Assembly: GCA_951406725.2 (NCBI GenBank)
Contig: OX597832.1
Location: forward strand, 52,762,001 to 52,826,000
From: Octopus vulgaris
Lineage: Eukaryota
Direction: 5' to 3'
Length of the DNA stretch: 64,000 nt
Under the pieces are notes generated by a model that made no database searches, was not told where the DNA came from, and worked only from the letters and a program-made list of their open reading frames with translations. Position 1 is the first letter of the stretch, and each line of letters begins with the position of its first letter. The translations under genes and the position numbers were made by a program. Below are positions 40,001-64,000 of the stretch, piece after piece.

Positions 40001-43000
40001 AAAAGAAGGAAATTACTCTCAGAGAGATAGTTTAAAGAATTTCGAATGATTATTGGGAAGGCAGTGAGCTGGCAGAATCATTAGAACATTGGACAAAATG
40101 CTTAGCAGCATTCTTTTACATTTTGAGTTCAAATCCTGCTGGGGTTGACTTTATGTTTTATCCTATCAAGGGGATCAATAAAATAAGTAGCAGTTGAGCA
40201 CTAGGGTTGATGTAATCGACTTGCGCCTGGCAGTCATGGAGTGTGGTCATACTGGACTACCACCAACCTCTACATAATTGCTGGACCTCTTAGAAACCTG
40301 AAAGTTGTATAGGATAGTTATGGACAGAACACTCTTGATCCTAAGTCTGCTCTTTCAGGTTGAACCTGGTACAACAACAACAGTGACTGCGGTGGGACTT
40401 GAACTATAATCTTCTGTTCAGGAAGCTAATACCATTTCCATTGTGTGATAATTCCTTTGACCAACAAGAGTTCTCCATCTGTCTCATTCTTTGGCAACAG
40501 ATTATAGTTATACCTGGATGTAACCTCTTGCCAGAGCTTCTGCTTCTTTGAACTTTTTCCATGTTGTTTTTGCTCTGTCTCACTTCCATTTCTCATGGAG
40601 TGTTCATCATAGGGGTTTGCCTTGTAATGTTGGAAACCACTTTCCATTAGGTGTGTCCCAGCCAACCCCATTTCGTCCTCTTGATTTTGGTTTCAGTAGG
40701 TTACTGGTTTTATCTGTTCCCATAGGGTTTTGCTTTTGGGTCTGTATTGCCATCTCGCTCAAAAGATGTTCTGGAGACATCTATTCCAAACACCTTGTTG
40801 ATGGAGAACAAGGTCTCTGATCACCAGATATCTCTGAACATCCTGAAGGCAACTGTGGCTTTCCCCAATCTTTGTGACCTGGTCTCTGACAAACGTTTAA
40901 GTGGAGTTAATTGTCTTCATGGGTTTCTGAAGGGCTAACTTATGTCTCCTGTGCTGCAATCATTTTAGTTTCAACTCACAATCTCAGATCAAAACACTTG
41001 CTATGGAAGCACACTTTTGTAATATTCATAATCATTAATGATTTAAAATTTTATGTTTTCCTATTTATGTTTTGAAATTCTTCTACATTTTGAGACTATG
41101 ATCCTTTTAATATCTCATTGTTTTTTCAAAGCTTGTTTGCATATAGCATGTGTAATTCAAGACAAAGATGGGCGACAGTGGTTTGCAGAACTTTCAGTTG
41201 ATATGGATAAAGTGAGTACTTTTTGGAAGTTATACAAATTTATAAATGTTTAAATCAACACCTTCAGAAATAATTTCGTTTCCTTTTTTTTTTTTCTTTT
41301 TTTTTCTTCCCCTCTCTCATCAGGTTCTTGAAATTACAAAACAAATTTTAGCGTTTTATGAACTGTGGAAAAATTATGAAGAAAAAAAGGAAATTATTGC
41401 AGTTCTTGTGAAAATGCCAAAACCTAAGACCAGTCCAACCAGGTAAGAGATGTTTTCGATCTCATTTATTTAAAAAAAATCGTTGATATATTTATTCATA
41501 TAAATTTTCATATCCTTATAGCTCATCTATATTATTTTCCATACTTCTGTTTTGTATAGAGTACATGTTTATATTTCTACATGTGGATGTGAACATATCT
41601 GGGTACTTGCCTCTTTTACCATATTTCCTAGCATACAAACTGAATTTTTAAGAACAAAATTCACAACCAAAATATAGTAGGTCAGCTTATACACCAAGAC
41701 AGTTTTACAGGGCTAAAAGTTCCATGTGAAATGCAACAAGATTTGTAAAGATAGTAATGATACTTCACTGTTTATATTGTGTACTATGCTGACTTGTATG
41801 ACAGAAAATATAGTAAATCATTTGTGTCTGCATCTGATTAATTGGTCCTCAATTATATCATTTATTCTGTTGGGTATCAAGGAATCGCAAACTCAAGTTT
41901 TTCATTTGTATTCTTTAAATCTTTCACTGGTATTTAATCTGGCATATTTCTCACAATAATGTCTTAATCTAATCAAAATAAACATTTTTATTCTCACTCA
42001 ATTTTATTCCAGTATAAAATTATTTTCATTTAAGAGTGTAATTTTACAACTACTGAACCCAACTTTTGTTGAATTTGTAGATTTTGTTCTCATTTTGGTT
42101 TATTTCTAAATCATTCTCAGACTTAATTTTGCTTTTTTCATGTGAGTGAAAGCTTTTTTTTTTTTAATTTAATTTTCTAAAAATTAAGAATTTTTCGTTT
42201 TTATTAATTTGAATGGTTTTCATTAAGTCATCCTCAATCTCGCAATAAGTTGTGCATGAAAATTAAGGAAGATGGCCACACAAAACTCCACAATGCCTTT
42301 TCATCGCATCATACCATTTTTCCTTTAAAAAATTGTGGGGACACAATTTAAGAAGACATAAGGCCACACTATATCAGGATGATCTGCTGTGATAATAATA
42401 ATAATAATAATAAAAAAACATGGACTTGTTATCATTTAGTTTGTTCAGTGCCGAGAAGTATTATTCCTGTTGATTAGTATTCTAGTTCCATTAACAACTG
42501 TTCTAAATACAAGAGGACAAAGAGTTTGATGGAACAAATATCTATAATGGGAGAAAGAAAAGGTGAGACAGGTGGCTTTGAATTGATTAGATACAGTTAC
42601 TGGAGTGGAGATGATGATGATGATGATAAAAATAGGAGCTAAATTCTGGAAGTGAGGAAGGTGTTGAGAACTCTTCATCCTGTTGGTATGGAAAGCAAGT
42701 GTGATGCTTCATGGCCACTCCTGCACCTATATTTCACTAATATCAGAAATTTAATTTGGTGTCATGTGTGGAGGCACATGGCCTAGTGGTTAGAGCAGCG
42801 GACTCATGGTCGAGGGATCGAAGGTTCGAATCTCAGACTGGGCTATGTGTGTTTATGAGTTAAAACACCTAAGCTCCACACGGCTCTGGCAGAAGGTAAT
42901 GGTGAACTTCTGTCGACTTTTTCCTCTTGCATCTAGCAGCTCACCTGCGACGGACCGGCATCCCATCCAGGTGGGGAACCTATATGCCAATGAAACCGGG

Positions 43001-43607
43001 AAACCGATCCTTATGAGCCTGGCATGGTTCAAGAAGGAACAAATAATAAACCAATTTGGTGCCATTGGCTGGCAGAACTGTTAGCATGGTGGGTAAAATG
43101 CTTAGTAGCACTTCGTCTGTCTTTGCGTTCTGGGTTCAAATTCTCTCGAGGTCAGCTTTGTCTTTCATTCTTTCAGGGTTGATAAAATAAGTACCAGTTG
43201 CATTTCAAAATTATTAATGCTAAGAAAATCTCTGCTTTTGCTATGTTGAAGAATAAACTCAGATTTTCATATTTGATAATAAATCGAAATTCTGGATTGG
43301 TGTTCCTTCAATGTTTTTCGGGTTTTCCTTTTTTTTCTTAAATGCTGTTTGAAAGTTAATTTATTTTGTAAAACTTGAGTGGCTGAAGAAACAGGAGGAG
43401 AATAATTGTGCAGTTGGGTGTTATTTAAGATAAAGTTGTGAAAAAATGTTGGGTAAGAGTGAGATATTTTCTAGAAAAGAGCAACAATTTGTTTATTGAT
43501 TAAGATCCTTGTTCTTTTTAATCTCTCTCAGGCCTGCATTACAAGGTCCAAATGGGCAGGAAAACAGTCAGTCCTTGCAGCCATCCCAGCAAACTCGTCA
43601 GAGTTAG
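20446..43607 (+). CDS. CCNC: Cyclin C, complete 11-exon gene (290 aa): join(20446-20477,22242-22348,26084-26168,27565-27634,30802-30853,32149-32240,34434-34525,38892-38959,41132-41211,41324-41442,43532-43607)
   Basis: Spliced translation [20 protein letters not shown]...[21 protein letters not shown]...[20 protein letters not shown]...[24 protein letters not shown]...[12 protein letters not shown]...KMPKPK matches the conserved cyclin C sequence. All introns are GT-AG with compatible phases; CDS totals 873 nt. Confidence 0.97.
21474..21613. mobile_element. Fold-back MITE with internal ccctaa motifs
   Basis: About 40-bp imperfect inverted arms (acttaaatgcagagg...gcatctatgtaac / gttacgtagatgc...cctctgtatttaagt). 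Confidence 0.65.
22242..22348 (+). CDS. CCNC: Cyclin C exon 2
   Basis: ttattag|C CAG CAG TGG, encoding [35 protein letters not shown]; donor gtgagt. Confidence 0.95.
22748..23111 (+). mobile_element. Non-autonomous Helitron
   Basis: 5' TC, 3' CTGG, subterminal hairpin tatgactcggc-gtt-gccgggtcata (23080-23104), inserted between A and T with no TSD. Confidence 0.8.
25850..26058. repeat. 104-bp tandem duplication of an RTE-like tail, next to CCNC exon 3
   Basis: Two near-identical units; the minus strand encodes [16 protein letters not shown]. Confidence 0.9.
26084..26168 (+). CDS. CCNC: Cyclin C exon 3
   Basis: tttcag|, [27 protein letters not shown], |gtaagg. Confidence 0.95.
27565..27634 (+). 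CDS. CCNC: Cyclin C exon 4
   Basis: ttccag|, [23 protein letters not shown], |gtgagt. Confidence 0.95.
27823..29048 (+). mobile_element. Tc1/mariner-superfamily (maT / DD37D-like) transposon, inactive
   Basis: Imperfect TIRs (cagtgtgcagacggtatttgaggaca / tgtcctcaaatactgtccacaccctg). Transposase remnants [26 protein letters not shown]...[12 protein letters not shown] with stops and frameshifts. Confidence 0.85.
29950..30335 (+). repeat. Second partial copy of the maT-like transposase 5' region (about 27980-28335)
   Basis: Long near-identical match; retains a segment (atcttacatgatgaggagaggttag) deleted in the first copy. Confidence 0.8.
30802..30853 (+). CDS. CCNC: Cyclin C exon 5
   Basis: tattag|, [17 protein letters not shown], |gtaagt. 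Confidence 0.93.
31125..31366. repeat. About 240-bp near-perfect palindrome
   Basis: About 90-bp outer arms plus a 19-bp perfect inner stem gaaccggatcatcctcgca / tgcgaggatgatccggttc. Confidence 0.92.
31622..31907 (-). mobile_element. RTE-clade LINE RT fragment with internal deletion
   Basis: [18 protein letters not shown]...[15 protein letters not shown] joined out of frame to [33 protein letters not shown]. Confidence 0.85.
32149..32240 (+). CDS. CCNC: Cyclin C exon 6
   Basis: tttcag|, [30 protein letters not shown], |gtgagt. Confidence 0.95.
33292..34345. mobile_element. Non-autonomous TA-flanked DNA transposon (Tc2-like ends)
   Basis: tgtaaaaacccatgtaattt / aaattacatgggtttttacggta inverted termini. 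Confidence 0.55.
34434..34525 (+). CDS. CCNC: Cyclin C exon 7
   Basis: ccctag|, [30 protein letters not shown], |gtaagg. Confidence 0.95.
36573..36960 (+). mobile_element. SINE family A copy
   Basis: Full-length match to the other family-A copies. Confidence 0.85.
37621..37737 (+). pseudogene. tRNA-like sequence with 47-bp tandem duplication of its 5' part
   Basis: tggtgtaaaggtaacac D-arm-like, gtgggttcgtctcccac T-arm-like; anticodon arm imperfect. Confidence 0.5.
38892..38959 (+). CDS. CCNC: Cyclin C exon 8
   Basis: ttatag|, [22 protein letters not shown], |gtaagt. Confidence 0.95.
39096..39542. mobile_element. Nested piggyBac-like MITEs (inner element 39153-39373)
   Basis: TTAA-C(C/T)CT...AGGG-TTAA ends on both elements; inner inserted at a TTAA of the outer. 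Relatives at 26228, 35506, 35665, 50397, 58404. Confidence 0.75.
40420..40960 (-). mobile_element. Degenerate RTE-like LINE C-terminal fragment
   Basis: RLGKATVAF and WGWLGHT-like decayed motifs with stops and frameshifts. Confidence 0.6.
41132..41211 (+). CDS. CCNC: Cyclin C exon 9
   Basis: ttcaaag|, [26 protein letters not shown], |gtgagt. Confidence 0.94.
41324..41442 (+). CDS. CCNC: Cyclin C exon 10
   Basis: catcag|, [39 protein letters not shown], |gtaaga. Confidence 0.95.
43532..43607 (+). CDS. CCNC: Cyclin C last coding exon
   Basis: tctctcag|, [24 protein letters not shown]; the QGPNG motif resembles the vertebrate cyclin C C-terminus. Confidence 0.88.
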
Positions 43608-45237
43608 GCATCAATGTGTTATAATCACCATAGAGGAAAGACAGCTTGACTTAGAGCAAGTCTCAAACTACCATGTTTACTACTCTCCCATTAAATGGTC
43701 CTCGCTAACTCATTGAAAACTTGTGTGCAACAACTGAGCAACTTGTTCATCATCGTCATGAAGCAGACATTTTGTACTCAGTGATGACATGCTGCAGAGA
43801 AGTGAGACATTTAGACAGGTTTTTAAGCCTCTAAACGAACTTTCAAACTAACGAAACTAAATGGACTGCATTGTATGTTTGACCAAGTGACATTTTATCA
43901 GTCAGTGTCAACTCTGCATTGAATCATTTAGGTTTGTCATACCAAAATAAGTTTGCAATTAGAACAAAATTCTAGTTTTCATTAAAAAAAAAATTTTTTT
44001 TTTTTGTTTTATATTTGCTTAAATTGTTAAGCGGTGCCTAAAGTTTGTTTGATCCATTCGAGTTCCACAAACAAATATATTATGGAATCTGTAGTTAACT
44101 TTTGAAAATTCTAATAGAATTGGAGAAAATATTGTCTCCAAAATTTGACTTTTTTTTTCTCTAAATTCCAATAATTTGAATCCCAATTTTTAAAATTTTC
44201 TTTGACAAAATTCCTAAAATTTTAATTTTAATTCAGATGAATTCTTCAGTCTTGTCTTTTTCTTTTAATGAAATATTTCAACCCATCACCATAACTTCCT
44301 GTTGTGTTTGTTTTTCAGAAATGAAGCAAAAATGCAACAGTAGTAACAGCGAAGATTTTTAATTCCTTCCTGGGGTCTTTGAGCAGTCTTACTCCTGATG
44401 CAGCCATCATTCTCCTTCCTAATGCTGGTTGCTTTATCATTTTATTTATTTATTATTTTTTTTACTTCAAAGAATTTGTAGAACTTATACAGAATCTTAT
44501 TGAAAACCAAAGCAGAACCTATTAAATTTTTGAAATGGTTTGACAAAAACAGTTTCTAATTAGCAGATATTGAGTCATTTAAATGCATCTGAACCCCTTC
44601 ATTATGGATATTAATTAAAAACTTACTAGATTTGAAGTTCTTTTTACATGTGAAATACAGTAACTGAATTCTTGAAAAGTTTTTCGTAAATTATGGTTAA
44701 CTAGGAGCATTTAATGAATATTCTCCTCAAATATAAAAATGCTTTATATTTTCTATAAATGTTGATAAAGCATCACCAAAACCACGAGACGGTTTTTATG
44801 GTGTCTGAATACCAAAGTGAAATTAAAAATGAGAAACTGCAAAAGAGAATAATCTTCAATAACAAAGATTATCTGAAACTGCAACGGATCTGTGGATCTT
44901 TGGATATTTTATTTTAACCTCTTCAGTTTTAGGTGTAAAGTTAAAATCAATTTTTACATTTCGTTAATTAGTTTTGCTTCAGATTTTAAATTGTCGTAAG
45001 TCGTTTGTAATTAACAACTGACTCGTTATCTTTGTCCAATGTCAATATTTATCACATCGTCTGAAGATGAGATTTTAGTTTCATTTCATCTCAAAAAGGG
45101 ACCACATTCATTAGTCAATATTTCATAATTTTCTGTATATTCAGGAAAAATAACACCAACACCATTGTAAATATGTTTTTTTCATAAATTCCTATTTTTT
45201 CCTATTTTTCTTTCATTGTTGGTAATTTTCTTTGAGG

Positions 45238-45243
45238 AATAAA
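45238..45243 (+). terminator. Candidate poly(A) signal for CCNC (3' UTR about 1.65 kb)
   Basis: AATAAA ending a SINE-free AT-rich stretch after the stop, followed by U/GU-rich sequence (cttctttgcatgtgtgtg). Confidence 0.45.
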
Positions 45244-45541
45244 GTAATTAATGAAAACTTTCATCTTGTCTATTACTGCTTCTTTGCATGTGTGTGAGGT
45301 CCAGGTACTCAATTAGTTTTCACAAAAACCTCAGTTGTAATTGCTTGACTTCTGTAACCTATTCAAAGGGGCTAAAAACAAGCAGCTGCAACCGTATTTA
45401 GTATGTCTCTTCACAATACAAATCCCTCTGCTTTTAAAAAAAACCCAAGTTTCCTCACCTCCAGAATGGCATAATTTTCTTAGCTGTTTTATCAAAAATG
45501 GTTTACTCTAATGAGGTTTAATCAAAAGGTATTGGGACTGT

Positions 45542-45740
45542 AAGCTGGCAGAAACGTTAGCACGCCGGGCGACAATGCTTAGCGGTATTTCGTCTGTCGC
45601 TATGTTCTGAGATCAAATTCTGCCGAGGTCGACTTTGCCTTTCATCCTTTCGGGGTCAATAAATTAAGTACCAGGATTGATGTAATCGACGTAATCCGTT
45701 TGTCTGTCCTTGTTTGTCCCCTTGTGGGTAGTAAAGAAAT
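45542..45740 (+). mobile_element. SINE family B copy with 15-bp TSD
   Basis: aggtattgggactgt at 45527-45541 and 45741-45755. Confidence 0.85.
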
Positions 45741-45849
45741 AGGTATTGGGACTGTTACTATGGTAACAGAGCTAAAGTAAGCAGTGAAGCCACTTGTTGA
45801 CCTTGAACACTGTCTCATGTACACTCTAAGTGATAAGGTTTTTGCTCAC

Positions 45850-46140
45850 ATTTATAGTGCTTGGAAATAGTATGTTTTGTGGTTGTCTCAAAAAGACTGA
45901 GTTTCAGCTGTGCAGGATCTTGATTGTGTCAAGGAAGATGCAAGCTTTTTGAAAATGGTCACAACAGGTGACAAATTGAGAGTCTATGGCTATGATGCCA
46001 AAATCAAGTCAAATTTCAAATCCCTCTTCAAAGGGACAAGATTTCAAGACAGTAAATCCAACTGAGTGAGATGAGGCAGTTGCTTTCTGTTTCGAGAAAT
46101 GCTTCCATCAATGGAAAAGATGCTGGATAAAGTTGGGTGA
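45850..46140 (+). mobile_element. Mariner transposase relic
   Basis: FLKMVTTGDKLRVYGYD (TGDETWVYGYD-like), KGTRFQD, CFHQWKRCW. Confidence 0.65.
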
Positions 46141-47567
46141 CTTCAGGAGATTAAATGCCAAATTGATATTGCCATCTGAAAGTTCAAGAGTTAGTGCATG
46201 TACTTAGCTTTCTCTGGTTAATCCAGCCCAATGATTAACAGCCAACCACTTCTGATCTGGTTCTCTTACCCCTAAACAGAACAGCCTCTCTTTCTCAACA
46301 AAGCTCATGGCAACAGCTACTTCCTTCATCAACATCAAGTAGCAGTGTCCAACACTGCCAGATCACTGGAAACTGGACTAAAGTCATAAGTATTCAAACA
46401 GCCAAGTATTACACACACATATCCTCAAAACTGTTAGAAAGACTCTTCCTTGATGTCAAATAAACATCCACCATGTGGAGGCACAATTGCCCAGTGGTTA
46501 GGGCAGCAAACTCGAGGTCGGAGGATTGCGGTTTCGATTCCCAGACCAGGCATTATGTGTTTGTTGAGCGAAAACGCCTAAAGCTCCACGATTCTCTGGC
46601 AGGGGGTGGTGGCGACCCCTGTTGTACTCTTTCACCCCAACTTTCTCTCACTCTCTCTTTCTGTTTCTTGAGTAATGCTGCGATGGTCTGGCGTCCCATC
46701 CAGCTGGGGGGGGGCACGGAAACCGGGTCCATGAGCCTGGCTAGGCATGAAAAAGGTGCATAAATAAATAAAACATCCACCACACTATTCAAGAACCTTA
46801 CACAGGGTAACAACAACACCCACATGTTCACGACCTCACTGCAATCAGCAAAGCTTTTGACTTCCTTTTACTTTCACTTCTTGGACACAAAACATTCAAC
46901 ATCTTTAAAAAAAAAAAAGATGACACAAAATGGTGACTAGCACCTCTGAGGTGGCCAAACCTATCAGTGTACAATACCGCATAGCTAGACTGTGTGCAGC
47001 TCTTCAATTTGCCACCACTGCCCCAGCCAAAATACATATTGCCTATAGCAGACCCCAAAGTGGTGCAACTCCGATAAAAGTACCACCTGGGGTGGACTGC
47101 CCCCTCTAGCCATGCTAGTGGTGTCCAATAACAATGCAACAGGATATGCAATTTCTTGAATGTAGTACAAGGCTGTTTATTTTTAGAATGACATTGTAGG
47201 GTTGGTGTGAGAAGCCAGAACTGGCCACTTTGAACATAAAACAGAATATTTAGGTCAGATATGGCCTGTTTAAATACTAAAGGGTTAAAGATTTCTGTTC
47301 TATATTTTAGAGCTAAGGAATTCTGTACAACTTGGAATTGGGGGTTAGAAGCCCATGGGCATATATATTTCTTTACTACCCACAAGGGGCTAAACATAGA
47401 AGGGACAAACAAGGACAGACAAAGGGATTGAGTCGATTAGATCGACCCAGTGTGAAACTGGTACTTTATTTATCGACCCCAAGAGGATGAAAGGCAAAGT
47501 CGACCACGGCGGAATTTGAACTCAAAACGTAACGGCAGGCGAAATATGGCTACGCATTTTGCCCGGC

Positions 47568-47800
47568 TCGTCGCGTAATGGTTAAGAGGCTACTAACCTC
47601 AAGATTCCAAGTTCAATTCCAGGTAGTGCCTTGAATAAATAATAATGACGACATCAAAGAATACCTTAGGAATGAGAACCCAGGGTTGAGTTCAAAATTC
47701 TATCAGGACACCTGATGAAGGCTGGAAAGTAAATCAGCCGAAACGTTGAGGTAACAACAAACAAGATGAGGACACGAATCCGTCCAATGTAAATGATGGA
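47568..47800 (+). mobile_element. tRNA-headed SINE-like element with hammerhead motif
   Basis: A-box-like tcgcgtaatgg (47571-47581), B-box gttcaattcc (47611-47620), and CTGATGA-A-GGCTG-loop-CAGCC-GAAA-CGTT at 47712-47747. Confidence 0.6.
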
Positions 47801-48054
47801 AATAAGGTTAAACATTTACTCTTTAACTTGTTTCAGTCATTTGACTGTGACCATGCTGGAGCACCGCCTTTAATCGAGCAACTCGACCCCGGGACTTATT
47901 CTTTAGTAAGCCCAGTACTTATTCTATCGGCCTCTTTTGCCGAACCGCTAAGTAACGGGGACATAAAACACACCAACATCGGTTGTCAAGCAATGCTAGG
48001 GGGACAAACACAGACACACAAACACACACGCACATATATATATATATATATATA

Positions 48055-48433
48055 CACTACCGTCAGAAATTAATTAGCACCCTTGATTTGCTCTTCACTC
48101 AAGGTATGTGCTGTCACCTAGTGGCCATATCTCGAACTATTGCTTTGTTGCGAGTTCACTGTTGCGCAGAACAATGACGTAACTTTGTTTGCAGAGCAGT
48201 TTGAGAGTCTACAGCCTTATGATGTTGACATAGCAGTGCAACTACAACTCGGAGTGCGGATGCAGACAAACTTCCTTTGTTTAATAGATATAGGTAGCGC
48301 CTCGTAAGGACCGAAATCACACCATACTAAGTTTTCTCATCGCGTAAGACGTTTTGAACAGCTCATAGGTTAATTGATTTAACCTATTTAATGTAGAAAT
48401 TTGAGAAGTGCTAATTAATTTCTGACGCAAGTG
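48055..48433. mobile_element. Tc1/mariner-type MITE inserted in the TA microsatellite of a family-A SINE
   Basis: 26-bp TIRs cactaccgtcagaaattaattagcac / gtgctaattaatttctgacgcaagtg, TA-flanked; the SINE resumes on both sides. Confidence 0.85.
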
Positions 48434-48592
48434 TATATATACATATATACGACGGGCTTCTTTCAGTTTCCGTTTACCAAATCCACTCACAAGGCTTTGG
48501 TCGGCCCGAGGCTATAGTTGAAGACACTTGCCCAAGGTGTCAGGAAAAAACAAAAAGAAAACAATGCGAACTAATTAATACATTAAAATAAT

Positions 48593-48598
48593 TTTAAT
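48593..48598 (-). terminator. Candidate poly(A) signal (ATTAAA) for malic enzyme
   Basis: About 300 nt after the stop, followed on - strand by a U-rich element (ttgttttctttttgtttttt). Confidence 0.35.
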
Positions 48599-48900
48599 CA
48601 TTGAATGCTACTGTCTAAATAGGTGGACATGCATAGATTTATCAATAAACACCTACATTTATCTCACTGTTGCTGCTGCTTTGTACACCGATGTTATTAT
48701 CGAGGGGGCAACTACTTATACAGTAACTCCAATTTATGATCCATTTTTATATAACAATCAACCGAAACAATTTTTAATTAATTTAAAACAAGGACAATTA
48801 AGAGAATTAATAGGAAGTGCTTGTTGTCAATTACAAGATTTGTCAGACGCAAAAAAATAGAAATCAAAAGACATTAGAGTAGTATTGCTATTTGTTCGAA

Positions 48901-63387
<14,487 letters not shown>

Positions 63388-64000
63388 CTGAAATTCAAAA
63401 AAAAAAATGTTTCAAAATTTCTTGAAATAAAATAAGTCAAAACTTTTTCAAAAATATACTTGAAAATCTCAATATAATATTGCCAAAAAATTATGTATCA
63501 AAATAGTATAGCATTTATAATTTTTATATTTGAAAATCAATATATTCCACGCTGTTACTGTTTATCTCTTGCTCAGGGATTTAATATAACTTATCTCTCT
63601 TTATGAGATCAGCGACAATGAGTTGCTAGAAAAAGGATTTAATATTTTGAGAGTGGAATGAGTTCTTCATCACTAGCCAGTGATTAACACACACTGAAGA
63701 TGGGTAACCACCTAGAAACCCGGGTCTGTGTGTATCATGTAAAGCTAGAGATGGGAGCAATGATCTCCCTTGCAAATACTAATCGGACACAGACTGAGTG
63801 TCTTCGGCCAGCTGGAGGAGATATCTTCCTGGAGCTAAAAACAACAGTAACACTGTCCTCCATAGGACTGCCACGTTTAGTTGGCAAATATATTTTACGA
63901 TTCCGTACTGTTACTGTTTATCTCTTGTGTAGAGATTTAATATAAAATCAATATAATTAAAATTGTTATGTATTGAATTATTATAACAACAGTAACTTCT

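Noticed and set aside
42768-42845. tRNA gene calls at family-D heads (also 46475 and 52066)
   Set aside because: They continue into a shared SINE body and lack a closed acceptor stem.
46828-47412. Longest supplied ORF (194 aa)
   Set aside because: Runs across a SINE tail and a piggyBac-like MITE; no recognisable domain.

Overview
AT-rich, repeat-dense eukaryotic genomic DNA. The SINE and MITE families and the microsatellites look like a coleoid cephalopod (Octopus-like); this is an inference from repeat content. Two spliced genes converge. A complete 11-exon cyclin C gene (CCNC, + strand, ATG 20446 to TAG 43607, 290 aa) faces the last 10 coding exons of an NADP-type malic enzyme (- strand, 63387 to 48901; 5' exons lie beyond the window). 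Most supplied ORFs are spurious translations of SINEs. The rest is tRNA-derived SINEs, LINE fragments (CR1-, RTE-, L2-like and an RLE/HERO-like 3' end), Tc1/mariner relics, piggyBac/hAT/Harbinger/Tc2-like MITEs, a Helitron, a truncated tRNA-Gln and several fold-back hairpins. The best lead is an intact hammerhead-ribozyme core in non-circularly permuted (pseudoknotted) order in the 3' UTR of the HERO-like insert (4721-4825, -). Next are a tRNA-headed SINE carrying a Penelope-type minimal hammerhead (47568-47800) and splice and promoter signals of an unannotated minus-strand transcript with a 28-codon ORF (8560-12480). All structures were derived by eye and are untested.
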